Of a stretch of DNA of 64,000 nt, positions 1 through 11,528 are shown piece after piece. The DNA lies in IMG/VR virus record IMGVR_UViG_3300031994_000020. One strand, written 5' to 3'. Below the pieces are notes generated by a model, which did no database searches, had not been told where the DNA came from, and saw nothing but the letters and a program-made list of their open reading frames with translations. The DNA comes from a virus (lineage: Duplodnaviria; Caudoviricetes). Each line of letters begins with the position of its first letter. Positions within the stretch are counted from its first letter, which is position 1. The position numbers and the translations under genes were made by a program.

Positions 1-1055
1 GCGTGGCACGTTAACGCGTACCCATATGTAATTTGTCTAGGTAATATATCTCCAATTTTATTTATTAATCTACCTATTTGATAAGATACTCTCCAATCTA
101 CACAAGGTTTTTCCTCTAATAAGAAATCTTTATCAAAATTTATAGTACCAAATGAGGACCCTGATTCAGGTGTAAACTCTGCCATTATTGTAGGTATCTG
201 ATGCCGATCATTTTTAATATAATTTGGAATGTTAATAAAACTTTCAAATATATTATCAACAGTTCCAATAGTACCATTAACTAAGGCATCGCCTTCTTCA
301 TTTAAATCTTCCCAATAATTTCTTTTACAAATTACTTTCTCTCCAGATTGGAGTTCTCCAGTATAACCTAATAAATTTCTCATTTGATTATTCATACTGT
401 GTCGAGTTGCATTTGTAGCACATAATATAGTATCCGCCCAAGTTAAATGACCTGTTACTAATTCATTTTTGGGAATTACCATAACTTCATTTCCTTTCAT
501 ATAAGGAATATCTTCTCCATTACGAATCTTCATAGTGAGCTGAATGATTTCTGACTCAGCCGCTTGTCTCATAATCTGATCAAGAAATACATGAGGATGT
601 TCTAAAAGGTCGTGAGCTTCGTTCTTATCTATCATAGGAAGTTGTCCAGGGTCACCTAGAAACAAAATAAAAACTTTATGTCTCATAAGCATATCTATCA
701 TTGACTTAGGAACCATGGAACACTCGTCCACCACTACTATATCATATCCAAGTCTGGGTTTAGGTTTCCTAAAGAACCCTCCGCCAGGGCGCGGAATTGA
801 ATCATAAAGTAGTCTATGAAGAGTCATTGCATTTTTATTTCCTTTTTTACGAAGTACTTCTGCTGCTTTACCTGTAAATGTTGCATATGCGACCTTGTCT
901 TCGTCAACATTAATCGCGCTAATGATAAACCTTACTAAAGTACTTTTTCCAGTTCCTACTTAGGCATAGCCACTAATCACGACATATTTTTCATTATTTC
1001 TATATCGTGATATGGCTATATTAAGTCCTTGTTGCTGTTTTAATGTTAATTCCAT
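1..1055 (-). CDS. Dda/RecD-like SF1 helicase, runs off the window edge; in-frame TAA-GTA insertion inside Walker A
   Basis: Manual translation from ATG 1055: MELTLKQQQGL...VISGYA*VGTGKSTL...ATFTGKAA...VVVDECSMV...FLGDPGQLP...IMRQAAES. TAA at 960-962. Confidence 0.85.
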
Positions 1056-1183
1056 ATTAAATAGCAATCCCTTTCTTTAATTATTTAAATTTAATTCTTC
1101 TATATTCCATAAATTATCATGCAATTGTAAGTTCCATTTTTTGCTCCTTTTAATTTTCTTTATAATATATTATATCATATTTT

Positions 1184-1384
1184 TTATTTTATGTCAATAT
1201 CCATTCCTTTAAACGTCACTATAATAGTATTAGTTGGAGGAAAAGTTTTCTCTAAAATATGAAATACTTCACAAGCAGCATCTATATCCTATTTATCCGT
1301 ATCTATATTTAAAACAATAGTATCATCAGGTTTAACTGGAAATGATTTAAAATCAATTCCATCTAATAATTCTTTAGAAAACAT
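1184..1384 (-). CDS. Small hypothetical protein with one internal TAG
   Basis: MFSKELLDG...DTDK(TAG 1289-1291)DIDAACEVF...DIK-TAA; start overlaps the recJ stop. Confidence 0.6.
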
Positions 1385-3194
1385 AAGCACATTCTCCTAC
1401 TATTTCATAATCTTCAAGAAATAATTGTGGACTAATATTGCCATTCCATTCATTTTTATTACATTTGCAAATAGCATCTATTTCAATATATCCATTTTCA
1501 GATATAAGTTTCTCATATTCTTCATTAGGCATCCTAAATTTTATTAGAGCCACATTATGCGGGAGGGTGATTTTAACTGTATTGGACGCCATCATAGTTA
1601 TCATATCTTTGGTTATCTGTATTCCTTGAATGGCAACCAATGCTTCATCCATATCTTTCCCCCAATATTTATCCATATCTGCTATATCAAGTATTGCTGC
1701 GGGATCTACCTCCTGGGCTCTCCAGACATAGTCTACATAATATATAGGCTCAGATGACATATTTTTTAACATTTCATCAGTTTTATCTATAAACTGATAA
1801 ATATTTTCTCCATATACTTCGCCTTCAAATTCATCTAACTTACCCATTGTAATACCTAAACCAAAGGCTCCTTGATGGCCGACTGTATAATCACAAGCCC
1901 CGGTCGCCGCACATATATCTTTAAATTCAGTTACACCAACTTTATCGCAACCTCGTGCAGAACCTTGATAAGATACAACACCTTCACTATTTATTGTCTT
2001 AGTAAGCATACAGCATGGTCTTTGATACTTTGCCATTAACTTATTTGCAATTAATCCTCTTATTTCTGCCTTAATTGCATTTGGCTCAAGAAGGAATAAT
2101 AGCACTTTGTGATCCATCATATGATTCTCTTCTATAAGGTGTTCAACTAATTCAATACCAGCATCTTCCGCCCTGGTCTGTCTATTCTTTACATTAGTAC
2201 AAGTTCTTATAGCTTGGTCTACAACTCTTTCAGTTTCACCAACTTTATGTCCTCTTTTGTTAGAAGGTATCTGATTAAAAGCATGAAATTTTAACATTGA
2301 ATCAAAAATAAGTTGTTTCTCTTCAATAGTACCAGACCTTGTTATAGCATTAACAAGAGGTACAATATAAAATGTTGCGCCCCATGCGGAAGGTGCATCA
2401 CCTAACTTAAATTTGTTCTTCTGCCACATTTCATATATAAATGGATTAACTATTCTATCAGGGTCAAATCCTTTAAAGATAAGTTGTCTTGTTTCAAAAG
2501 ATTTAAGACTCATCATATCACCATCTAATCCGAGGGCTACTAAATCAAGATAATGGTCAGCATAATTATTATTAGTTACTCTATCTACATATCTACAAAA
2601 TTGATAGACAACTCCCGCACCAGATAAATCTTTATTAGGATATTTTGGAGATTGAGAATTAATTAAATATAAATGCGGGTGATACTCTGTACTCCAGAAA
2701 TCTACTTCCTCTACTTCATGGTGATCTAAGATAATAACATCTATATCATTATCTTCCAAATCTTGCAGCTGTTGTTTGTCATTACTTCCCGCATCTGGTA
2801 TGATTATAAGGTCAGGACCTATATCTTCAAGCCAAGTTGTACAATCCTGAAGTCCATGCTGTTTACCCTCATGCATAAACCAAAATACATGATTATCTAT
2901 CCATTCTTTATCTTTTAAATCAGATAAATAATTAATAAGGATTGCTGCACTTGTATATCCATCACAATCACAGTCTACTATAACTGCAATATGAGAATTT
3001 TTCTCAAGATGATTTAATAGACACTTTGTTGCTGTATCCATTAACTCTTCTCCAAAAGCAGACGGATCATTAATATCTTCATCAGTTAAATTCATATAAT
3101 GCACGAGGTCAGTTTCTTTTAATCCTCTATTAATTAAAATTTGTTGTTTTGCATTATATTTTAAATTGGGCTTATTTATTAATTCATATTTCAT
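1374..3194 (-). CDS. recJ: RecJ-like DHH ssDNA exonuclease
   Basis: DCDCDG, ILDHH, LGLDGDMM, GSARG and GHQGAFG motifs. Confidence 0.9.
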   Translation of the reverse strand: MKYELINKPNLKYNAKQQILINRGLKETDLVHYMNLTDEDINDPSAFGEELMDTATKCLLNHLEKNSHIAVIVDCDCDGYTSAAILINYLSDLKDKEWIDNHVFWFMHEGKQHGLQDCTTWLEDIGPDLIIIPDAGSNDKQQLQDLEDNDIDVIILDHHEVEEVDFWSTEYHPHLYLINSQSPKYPNKDLSGAGVVYQFCRYVDRVTNNNYADHYLDLVALGLDGDMMSLKSFETRQLIFKGFDPDRIVNPFIYEMWQKNKFKLGDAPSAWGATFYIVPLVNAITRSGTIEEKQLIFDSMLKFHAFNQIPSNKRGHKVGETERVVDQAIRTCTNVKNRQTRAEDAGIELVEHLIEENHMMDHKVLLFLLEPNAIKAEIRGLIANKLMAKYQRPCCMLTKTINSEGVVSYQGSARGCDKVGVTEFKDICAATGACDYTVGHQGAFGLGITMGKLDEFEGEVYGENIYQFIDKTDEMLKNMSSEPIYYVDYVWRAQEVDPAAILDIADMDKYWGKDMDEALVAIQGIQITKDMITMMASNTVKITLPHNVALIKFRMPNEEYEKLISENGYIEIDAICKCNKNEWNGNISPQLFLEDYEIVGECAYVF

Positions 3195-3222
3195 TAGTAT
3201 AATCTCCTATTTATTTTTTTAA

Positions 3223-3396
3223 AATGCAGGCAAGGATTTGCACCTTGCATACGGTCTTTATTCTCTATGATTTGAGTATATGTTCTCCAACTGGTTCCGC
3301 TTTTTCGGTGCGTAGTCTCATCTCTCGCATGACCGCCAACCGTCTGCTGAATCCTCACAGATTTGTATTTGCGTCTACCTATTCCGCCACTGCATT
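3223..3396 (-). ncRNA. tRNA-Leu-shell RNA with ~120-nt insert (copy 1)
   Basis: AATGCAG/CTGCATT acceptor stem, GGCGGAATAGGTAGACGC D-arm, GCAAGG-TGCAAAT-CCTTGC T-arm; no canonical anticodon arm. Confidence 0.75.
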
Positions 3397-3400
3397 ATAT

Positions 3401-4513
3401 TTAATATAAGTTGATACGATTTTTATAAAGGTCTAAAAAAATTTCTGGTGTTTTATCAATAGGTGAATCTTTATACCCTAATAAATTATTTTTATCCCAC
3501 ATAAAAGAAATAGTTATATATTTTCCATATTTTTTATGTATATTTTTTAAATTTTTTATAACTCTTTGTGCTTCTGCAGAAGATATATCTGTGAAGTCAT
3601 GATCAAGAGCAATAATAATTTCTTCCGCTCCTTGTTGAATTAAGAGCCAAGTCTGATAATTTATAAAACTAGATCCACATATTGCACAACTAATATCATT
3701 CTCTTCTCCAAAATAACTTCTGTATTTAAGGCAACTTTTTTCTGACTCAAATACAAATGCCTTCTTCATCTTTGCTATATTATTCTTACTATGATTAAGA
3801 TTATAGAGATTAAAACTTAAAGGATGGTTAAACATAGCTCCACCTATGAGTGCAGGACGATATTTGCCATATCTTTCTTCGTTCTCTAAAGCTAAAGCTC
3901 TTTCTCTAATCCCAACTAATCTATTATTTATATCTCTATGAGGAATAACAATCCCGCAGTTTTTCGGGTCAAAGCATATCTCTGCTGCCTTTATAACTTC
4001 TGGAGTAATACCTTCTGCTTCCCAAACTGCGATTCTTGGGTGCGGAAGATTGTTTAAAAACTTTCCATCATATTCTTTAAGTTCAACCTCTTGTGTATTT
4101 ATATTTATATTATTTATTCTATCATATCTATCAAGGAGAGTTAAGTCATCTTTAATATCTATTTCTTCTTCTTTTGTTTGAGTTGGCAAATAACCAAATC
4201 TTCTTGCTATATAATCAATAGCTTCTGGAAGATTCCATGCGGAATCCTCCCTAGGCTTCGGATGTTCTCGGCTCATGACCTTACGAGTTAGTTCAAAGAT
4301 ATCAAAAGTCTCACCACAGTCGGTATAACACTTGAACAAAGTAGTATTGGGATAGTAGTAGAGTTTATGACTCTGACCACAATGACACACAGTTTTAGAT
4401 ACTATTATCTCACCCCTCATCTCAGGCTCTGCATCAAAATCCATGAGAACTTCTTCTATTTGTTCAACTGTTAATTCATTCTTAATTTTATCTTTGTCAT
4501 ATTCGTAATTCAT
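3401..4513 (-). CDS. DNA primase (Zn-finger plus TOPRIM)
   Basis: CHC..H...C.TDCG zinc motif, FESEKS and ALDHD TOPRIM motifs; adjacent to the helicase. Confidence 0.8.
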   Translation of the reverse strand: MNYEYDKDKIKNELTVEQIEEVLMDFDAEPEMRGEIIVSKTVCHCGQSHKLYYYPNTTLFKCYTDCGETFDIFELTRKVMSREHPKPREDSAWNLPEAIDYIARRFGYLPTQTKEEEIDIKDDLTLLDRYDRINNININTQEVELKEYDGKFLNNLPHPRIAVWEAEGITPEVIKAAEICFDPKNCGIVIPHRDINNRLVGIRERALALENEERYGKYRPALIGGAMFNHPLSFNLYNLNHSKNNIAKMKKAFVFESEKSCLKYRSYFGEENDISCAICGSSFINYQTWLLIQQGAEEIIIALDHDFTDISSAEAQRVIKNLKNIHKKYGKYITISFMWDKNNLLGYKDSPIDKTPEIFLDLYKNRINLY

Positions 4514-4555
4514 TTACCATTACAACCTTTCTTGTTAGCTGTAGTTTAATAAAAA

Positions 4556-6103
4556 TTAAAATTGTGATTCATCCTGAATGTGTATTCTAAAATCTTCCAT
4601 TTCTACTAATTCATAATTCCATTTGGTAACGAACATAGGGTTTATTCTACATATACCTCTATCTGCTTTACACCAAAGATAAATACTTTTCCATCTTCCG
4701 CGTCTATTCTTATATACAGATATTTTTATATCCGGCATATCAAATCCGCCTTTAGCTATTATATCTTTTAAAGATTCTTTATCTTTCTGTGTGACTTCAA
4801 GCATTATCATACCCGCATCAATTTTATCTGCAATAGACTTTGCTCCTCTTAAAAGATTCTGATCCGGAGTTTCAGACTCTGTGTAATCTGAATTCAACTG
4901 TGTTGCAGATAAGATAAATACACCATACTGATTACATAAATCTTTTAATCTAATAGACATCATAAAGAGAATATTATCTTCGCGGAGACGCACCCCGCCG
5001 CTTCTTTTAGTTATCTCTTCAAGAATCTTCATACTTGTATGAATGTAATCAAGAAAGATATATTTTGTTCCATGCTCACGGATACCTCTAACAATAGTAT
5101 TCTCAATGTCTTTTAATGAGAAGTCTGGAAGCTGCTGAAAGAAGATAGGACTCTGTTTAATGAGTTGCTTTGCATGGACTACTCTTTCCCATTCTCCTTC
5201 AAAGTAAGTGCCGGTTAAGATATGTTCCTCATCTACCGCACTTAAAAATGCAACCATCATTGTTTGTATCTCTGTTAAATCTTGCTCTGTTGCTATATAC
5301 ATTACAGGTTCTGCTTTACCTGTGCTTATCCATTTCTTTTGTTCTTTATCATACATCTGATAACAACCTATGTAACATACATCTGCGGCGATGGCACGAG
5401 ACTTACCTACACCAGTTGCGGCAGATCTTAAGTAAAACTTCTTAAGACGAGCGCCACGTACCACTGTATTGATGTATGTGCCATAAAGCGGATACCCAAT
5501 CTCCGGAGTCTCCTTCAGTCCATCAATGTTCTCATCTATTCCTGCACCTGCCTGAATCCCGCACTCTACAAAATTGTCAATACACTCTGACTTAATTGAC
5601 ATAATCTTATCATCAATTAGCTGTGCAATATCAACAATAGATGTGTTATCAAGCCATTCTTCTTGCTCCTGTTTCTTCTTTGCATCAAAGATATTATCTG
5701 GATCATATAACCAAGATAAGTCCATTCCTACCACATCTTGATAAGAACGAAAAAATGTCATTTTTTTCATTCTATTGTAATAATAATCAAATGTAGTTAA
5801 TTTTGCATTTTCAGATGCTTTTAAAAGATACTCTACTCCCTTGTTTGTTTCAAATATAGCTTTCTTTTTAGGACGGGAGCTAAGATAATCATCAATCGCA
5901 TTAAGAGTTATTTCTGTTGCTCCTAATTGATGTAAATTAAAAAGACACTCAAAAACTATTTTGTGAAAATTATCCACAAAATCGTTTTCAGTGAAAAAAT
6001 ATTTATCAGTTGCTTCAAGCAACTTTGGATTTTTATATACATTCCCAATTACATTAGTTAATGCTGATATATCTATATATTTACTCATCTTCCACCTCGA
6101 CAT
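4556..6103 (-). CDS. dnaB: DnaB-like replicative helicase
   Basis: SAATGVGKS Walker A, IFLDYIH Walker B, SATQLN, KNRRG. Confidence 0.9.
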   Translation of the reverse strand: MSRWKMSKYIDISALTNVIGNVYKNPKLLEATDKYFFTENDFVDNFHKIVFECLFNLHQLGATEITLNAIDDYLSSRPKKKAIFETNKGVEYLLKASENAKLTTFDYYYNRMKKMTFFRSYQDVVGMDLSWLYDPDNIFDAKKKQEQEEWLDNTSIVDIAQLIDDKIMSIKSECIDNFVECGIQAGAGIDENIDGLKETPEIGYPLYGTYINTVVRGARLKKFYLRSAATGVGKSRAIAADVCYIGCYQMYDKEQKKWISTGKAEPVMYIATEQDLTEIQTMMVAFLSAVDEEHILTGTYFEGEWERVVHAKQLIKQSPIFFQQLPDFSLKDIENTIVRGIREHGTKYIFLDYIHTSMKILEEITKRSGGVRLREDNILFMMSIRLKDLCNQYGVFILSATQLNSDYTESETPDQNLLRGAKSIADKIDAGMIMLEVTQKDKESLKDIIAKGGFDMPDIKISVYKNRRGRWKSIYLWCKADRGICRINPMFVTKWNYELVEMEDFRIHIQDESQF

Positions 6104-6590
6104 TAAAGAATCGTTTTCGTAAAGTTATTTGCGGTATTGGGATGCTGATTTCTTTTACTTTAGAAGTAATCTCTTTAACATCCTTTTCTTGGTTTTGTAA
6201 ATTTGCTATATAAAGACTATAATAATAACGGTATGCGTCTTTATAAACAAAAGGTACAATGCCAATACCCCCATTAGCTTTCTCTCTGGAGTTTCCTTTT
6301 ACTTCATAAAAATATATCAGGCTTTTTAATATACCTGATAAAGTATAACCTTCAGCAACATAGTCTTTTATTTGTTTATTGACTCTTGCTTTGTTATAAT
6401 CTTCTCCTAAAAGCTGTTGGATATAATTTTCTAATTTTACTAAATCTTCATCTTTCTGAGGAAGTGGAACTATTTCTCCTTGCGGGAGACAGGTCTGATG
6501 TGCATAACGTCTAGCTCCAGATTTCACAGCTTGAATTTTGTCACGATCGAACCGAACGCCGCATACACTGCATATACAATAATGTGCCAT
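6081..6590 (-). CDS. Hypothetical Zn-binding protein in replication operon
   Basis: CSVC...HQTC N-terminus; overlaps dnaB start. Confidence 0.6.
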   Translation of the reverse strand: MAHYCICSVCGVRFDRDKIQAVKSGARRYAHQTCLPQGEIVPLPQKDEDLVKLENYIQQLLGEDYNKARVNKQIKDYVAEGYTLSGILKSLIYFYEVKGNSREKANGGIGIVPFVYKDAYRYYYSLYIANLQNQEKDVKEITSKVKEISIPIPQITLRKRFFNVEVEDE

Positions 6591-6683
6591 AGTTTTATCC
6601 TCTTTTTAATATTTTCTATATATATTATATCATATTTTTTTAAATAGCGCAAATGCGGAAGACTTTCGCCTCCCGCACTGTGT

Positions 6684-7712
6684 TTATTCTTTAACTAATT
6701 CTTTTAATTCTTCAAGTATAAGGTCTACTGCCTCAACCTGATCTCTTGTGACATCCTTCATTTTCTTTCCCTTGCCCAGATAACGTTCAATAATCTGAGA
6801 AATACGAGGCTGCCAATATTCTCTAAATTTAATACCATCATCAGTTTCGGCTTTAGCATCTGTAGAACCAGGAATATTAGCTATGATTTCGCTAAATTCT
6901 TTCATCATTTTATCAAAATCTAAATCTTTACTTGTGTCTATATAAAGATTATTTGATTTATCAGTAAAATATTCTGTTCCATCTTCTTTCATCTGCTTAT
7001 CAATAGCATCACTAATAGCTTTAACTAAATCATTATATGTAAAGTCTATATAATCTGGTGTATATTTGAAGCGGGAGCCAGCTACATATCGAGGAGTTCC
7101 ACGCATAAATAACTTGGTAGATGTTGCACCATCCGCAGTTTGCACTGATCTTGAATATGCTATAATATCGCACATACGAGATACTATATTTCTAGGGCGA
7201 GTTCCCAATGTAGGAACTATTTGGTTAAATTCTTTACCAGTTTCATCAGTAAAAGTCTTATCAGTAGCATGGCTTATAAGTACAAGACCATAATTCATTT
7301 GTACTATTGAACGAAGTGCTTCATCGAATTCCTTACCAACGAGAGCATATCCTTTTCCATATCCAATATCACCAATAGCATCAACATTATTATTAGCACA
7401 TATATATTTTTCACAATAATCATAAGCAATATCTGCGGTATCTATAATAATTGTTTCAAACTTAGACTGTACTTCAGGATCTTTTAATTGACGAAGTGCT
7501 CTCCTAAATTCACTCTATGAATTAATAGGTTGAGCCATTGCTCCGGGAATTGCATTGTAGCCTTTTTCAAATGCTAAAAGCAAATGATTAGGGAACTTAG
7601 TTGCAGTTGTTGTCTTTCCAGACTTAGGTTCTCCGTAGAAGAAGACTGAATATCCGCGCATATCACGACTTACTTGATGTGGTTTTATATCTAATAAATT
7701 AAAATCTGCCAT
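6684..7712 (-). CDS. Sak4-like AAA ATPase; one gene read through TAG 7515-7517
   Basis: YGEPKSGKTT...AQPINS(TAG)SEFRRALRQL...IIIDTAD...GYGKGY...LISHA; the two ORF-track fragments are in frame (343 codons). Confidence 0.85.
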
Positions 7713-7884
7713 TTCTATTCTCCTTTTTCGATTTAAAAAAATCCAAACTCATTTTTAATTCCTATGTTGCGGTCGCAAGCCGCCCATTAGACTTGTATTC
7801 CTTTTATTTAAATGAATAGCTCCTTAAAAATAGGTAAAAAATATCGGGGAGTAAATTGCACTCCCCTTTATTTTTATTCATTTA

Positions 7885-8853
7885 TCAGAAGTCAAATCCA
7901 CCCTCTGCAGCAGAAGCTGTTGCTTTTACAGGTTCTCCAAACGGAACACTGTCCGCAGCTGCCTTACTTGCTTTATAATCATCAGCTCTCTTCTTTACAT
8001 CTGCAAGATAAACTTCTCTATCTGCAAGAGCTTTCTTTATTTCATCCTGAGTGATACCGTTTTCACTATCGCCTATCTCATAAATAGACTCTTTCTTTGA
8101 AGTACCCTCAATAACCCATTCTTTTACAGTTCTGCTATACTCTTTTACAATAGGTTCACCAAATGCGGATTCCTCTTCTCTTGTAGTCTTTGTAACTTCA
8201 CTTATAATGTGTCCCCAAACCTTTGTGAATACAAGATTCTTAGGAGATATATCAAGTGATTCAAAATACTTAATTCCACCAGGACTCTTTACTTTGAACT
8301 CTACCGGAAGAATGGCTCCTCTGAAGTCAAATACGGCACCTTTTACAAGGAGATAATCCTTATCAATGTGTTTCTCTTCATCAGCCTCAACATACTGTGT
8401 TCCATTGATAAGCATATCACATTCAAAAGTATTGCGTGTGTTTTCTTCTCCAAGATTAGTCACAATTGATGCAAAACTTCCCGCATTTCTCTTTGCAGAT
8501 ACAAGAGTTTCCTCTCCATTTCTGTCAGTATAAAAATCATTAAGACCGAGTGAAGCATCAATCTTTACGCAAGTTGCATTATCCTTTCCATCATTAAGAA
8601 CTGTCTTTCCATTCTCAATAATATTCTTCAGTACGCCAAAAGTATTATTTTTCTTTCCAGCTTTTGTAGTTTCAGTTACATAAGTAAAATTAACCTGAAC
8701 AATATTTAAACACTCATTATCGGTAGCAATATCTATTGTACCGCCAATATATGTAGTTCCGGGAGCCTTAGATGTCTCTCCTGTTACCTTAATTGCAAGT
8801 GCATGCTCATAAATTTTTCCTGCTATAACTTCTCTGTTTAATGCTTTTCTCAT
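7885..8853 (-). CDS. Probable single-stranded DNA-binding protein
   Basis: Acidic/aromatic C-terminus (AEGGFDF), beta-rich, upstream of the Sak4-like ATPase. Confidence 0.55.
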   Translation of the reverse strand: MRKALNREVIAGKIYEHALAIKVTGETSKAPGTTYIGGTIDIATDNECLNIVQVNFTYVTETTKAGKKNNTFGVLKNIIENGKTVLNDGKDNATCVKIDASLGLNDFYTDRNGEETLVSAKRNAGSFASIVTNLGEENTRNTFECDMLINGTQYVEADEEKHIDKDYLLVKGAVFDFRGAILPVEFKVKSPGGIKYFESLDISPKNLVFTKVWGHIISEVTKTTREEESAFGEPIVKEYSRTVKEWVIEGTSKKESIYEIGDSENGITQDEIKKALADREVYLADVKKRADDYKASKAAADSVPFGEPVKATASAAEGGFDF

Positions 8854-8949
8854 TTATTTTTTCTCCTTATTATTTTTCTTTTTTTCATAAATTATTCTTG
8901 CAATTTATGTCTAATAATATTATAACACAAAATTTTTCAAAGCGCAAGT

Positions 8950-9333
8950 TTATTCTTCATCGAAGTTAGCTTTTTCGCCTTTCTCTGTTAAAATATATAC
9001 AGTAGGACTTCCGCCCACCTTTTCAACATATCCATCTGTTACAAGCTTTCTTAAAGCACCAGATACTGTTCTTGAAGAAACTGCAATTCTTTCACCTATA
9101 TCTTTTGCTTTAAAAAAATTATTAAAATCATCTTCAGAATCAATCATAAACTTCAAAACAAGTTTTCCATTTTCTGTAAACTTAGGTTTATCAGTTTCTC
9201 CTGTTGCTTTAAAAGCGTTCCAATAGTCAATAGCATCTGCCCACTGGGCTTTTAAATTATCATCCCATGCTTCGTAATTTGTTTTTGTTAACAATGTTTC
9301 TACAAGATTAATAAAATTATTTTTCTTTCCCAT
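8950..9333 (-). CDS. MarR-like winged-helix protein
   Basis: AKDIGERIAVSSRTVSGALRKLVTDGYVEK...YILTEKG. Confidence 0.75.
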   Translation of the reverse strand: MGKKNNFINLVETLLTKTNYEAWDDNLKAQWADAIDYWNAFKATGETDKPKFTENGKLVLKFMIDSEDDFNNFFKAKDIGERIAVSSRTVSGALRKLVTDGYVEKVGGSPTVYILTEKGEKANFDEE

Positions 9334-9389
9334 TTTTAACCTCTTTATTTTATTTTCTTTTTCATTATATAATAATTATAACATATTTT

Positions 9390-10184
9390 TTACTCATTGT
9401 CAAATACAATCAACTCATTAGCATACGGTAATGTTTTTATAAAATCACAAAACTGCCGCCATTCTGTAAGTTTATGATTTTTTCTCCATTTATATATATT
9501 GCGGAGCACCGCATAATCCGCAGTCCATGTACGTGTCTGGAGCCAGCTTTCTGGAAGTAAACGAATAAGCTCCTTCCAATATCTTATGTCTTTTGTTTCA
9601 AGATAGCGTTTCCTAAGACATTCACAATGACAAATTATATCATCCCATATATCATCAATATAAGCATCAGGATTATATGGTTCTTGATTATATACTAATA
9701 AAGAACTATCATAATCATCCATTTCAAAGCATTCTCTTGTAATAGGAGTTGATGCTAACTTATGCATGGTTGAAGTTGAATTAGTCGTAGTCCCAACTTT
9801 GTAGGTGTCAGCTTCTTTCTACCAAAATAATGGTGCTGTGATGTCTATACTAACAAAAATCTGGCGGAGGAACTTGTCATTAGGAGAACCAGCTTTAATC
9901 ATACGCTGCGCAAGATCAAGATCATTTTTCCCAATAAAAGCATATTCATTAGCGTATTTACCCCATTGAAGAATTCCTTTATCGTATAACTTATCTCTTT
10001 CTTCAACAATATTTTCAGGGTCTTCATTATAAGAATATATTACTTCATCAGCGACATTTATTAGCCACTCTTCATTTTCCGCAATACCAAATAAACTATC
10101 TGATTTAGCATAACTTTCCATAGGATGTCTTAATCCTCTGAAAGCATTTTCCCAATTACCTGTCCAAGCTTTTTTAAATTTCAT
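9390..10184 (-). CDS. ThyX-like (flavin-dependent thymidylate synthase-like) phage protein; read through TAG 9819-9821
   Basis: KFLRQI..SIDITAPLFW(TAG)KEADTYKVGTTTNSTSTMHKL...RKNHKLTEW; fragments in frame (265 codons). Confidence 0.7.
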
Positions 10185-10807
10185 ATAAATTCTCCTGTTA
10201 TCTCGTCTATAATTTTTTTCTCTAGAGCTTCTTCTGCGTCATACCATATATCTTCACGTTTAATTATTTTATATTCATCTTCATCAATAGCAGTATTTTC
10301 AATAACATGTTTCTTTAATTTCTCAAGAAGTTTCTTATAAAAAGCAGTATAATTTTCAAACTGCCCACTTGTTCCCTGGTTGCCGGTAGCTCCTTCATGG
10401 AAGAGATACGTAGAATGAGGATATCCAATTCTTTTATCGCAAGCTATTAAAATAAAGAAGCCACCTGAATATGCTGCACCCGTACAAATTCCAATAACAG
10501 GAGTCATACTCAATTTAATACTATCAATAATAGTAAATGTATCTGATAAGCTACCTCCACAAGAGTCAATATAAAGTTTAATAGGTTTTCTGTCTTCTGC
10601 TGGAATGTCTCTATCTTGCTGATTCCAATAACGAATATAAGCATCTACAGATGCGCCCAACCCATCAGTAATTTCACCTATAAGCAATTCTCTATTTACC
10701 GAGCCAGAAATATTAATAACATCATCAAAATTTTTTATATCTTCCTTTACATTACTAACCATTACATCTACAAGATCGTCTAAATCAATTTCTCTTATTT
10801 CATCCAT
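10181..10807 (-). CDS. clpP: ClpP-like peptidase subunit
   Basis: PIKLYIDSCGG, GAAYSGG (Ser), YLFHE (His), DIWYDAEEAL. Confidence 0.85.
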   Translation of the reverse strand: MDEIREIDLDDLVDVMVSNVKEDIKNFDDVINISGSVNRELLIGEITDGLGASVDAYIRYWNQQDRDIPAEDRKPIKLYIDSCGGSLSDTFTIIDSIKLSMTPVIGICTGAAYSGGFFILIACDKRIGYPHSTYLFHEGATGNQGTSGQFENYTAFYKKLLEKLKKHVIENTAIDEDEYKIIKREDIWYDAEEALEKKIIDEITGEFI

Positions 10808-11527
10808 TTATATTTCTCCTTTTATATCTTCATATATTTTTTTAATTTCTTCTTCTAAAGAAGTAAATTTATTAAATCTATAAAGAATAATATTATGTTC
10901 TTTACAATATATATTCTTTAAATTATCTATATATTGCAATCTTAAAAAATCATTTTGAGTTAATTTCTAATTTTCTTCATAATTAAAATGCTGTCTTCCA
11001 TCATATTCAATTAAACAATAAATTTTATTATTATGAAAAATTGCAAAATCAAAACGTGGATAACCTCCTTTATTAGTAATTAAATCTTTAAAACTAAATT
11101 CTTTTTTATATTCAATTTTATAAAAATTTAACTAATAAGAGATTTGAGTTTCTCCCTATGACGAAACACATCCACAACTTTTTGAATTTCCGTCTATTAA
11201 ACTACCTCTAAAAACCTCTTTTATTGTACCACAATTTTGACATTCACATATCTAAAAATTAGGTTTTTTAGCTTTATCAATTACTTTCTAAAAACCAAAA
11301 GTCTTTCCTATTAAATTATCTTTAATATGTAATGGTCTATCTTTAGCTGCACAACTTTTACATTTAGTTTTAAGATTATCTACTCTTACTGAACGAATAT
11401 TTCCACATTCTAAACATTTACATTTCTAATATCCGCGATGTTTTTCATTAGTTAAATCATTATCTTTTTCAATAATTTCATTAGTTCCAATAATTTGTCC
11501 TGGAGTAAAAATTAAAGATGCTGGCAT
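10808..11527 (-). CDS. Free-standing homing-type endonuclease (CxCxCG repeats plus PD-(D/E)XK/Vsr-like domain) with 5 internal TAG
   Basis: Missed by the ORF track. GY(TAG)KCKCLECG, GF(TAG)KV, NF(TAG)ICECQNCG, SCGC, RFDFAI, IEYDGRQHF; TAGs at 11426, 11288, 11252, 11156, 10967. Confidence 0.8.
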
Positions 11528-11528
11528 T

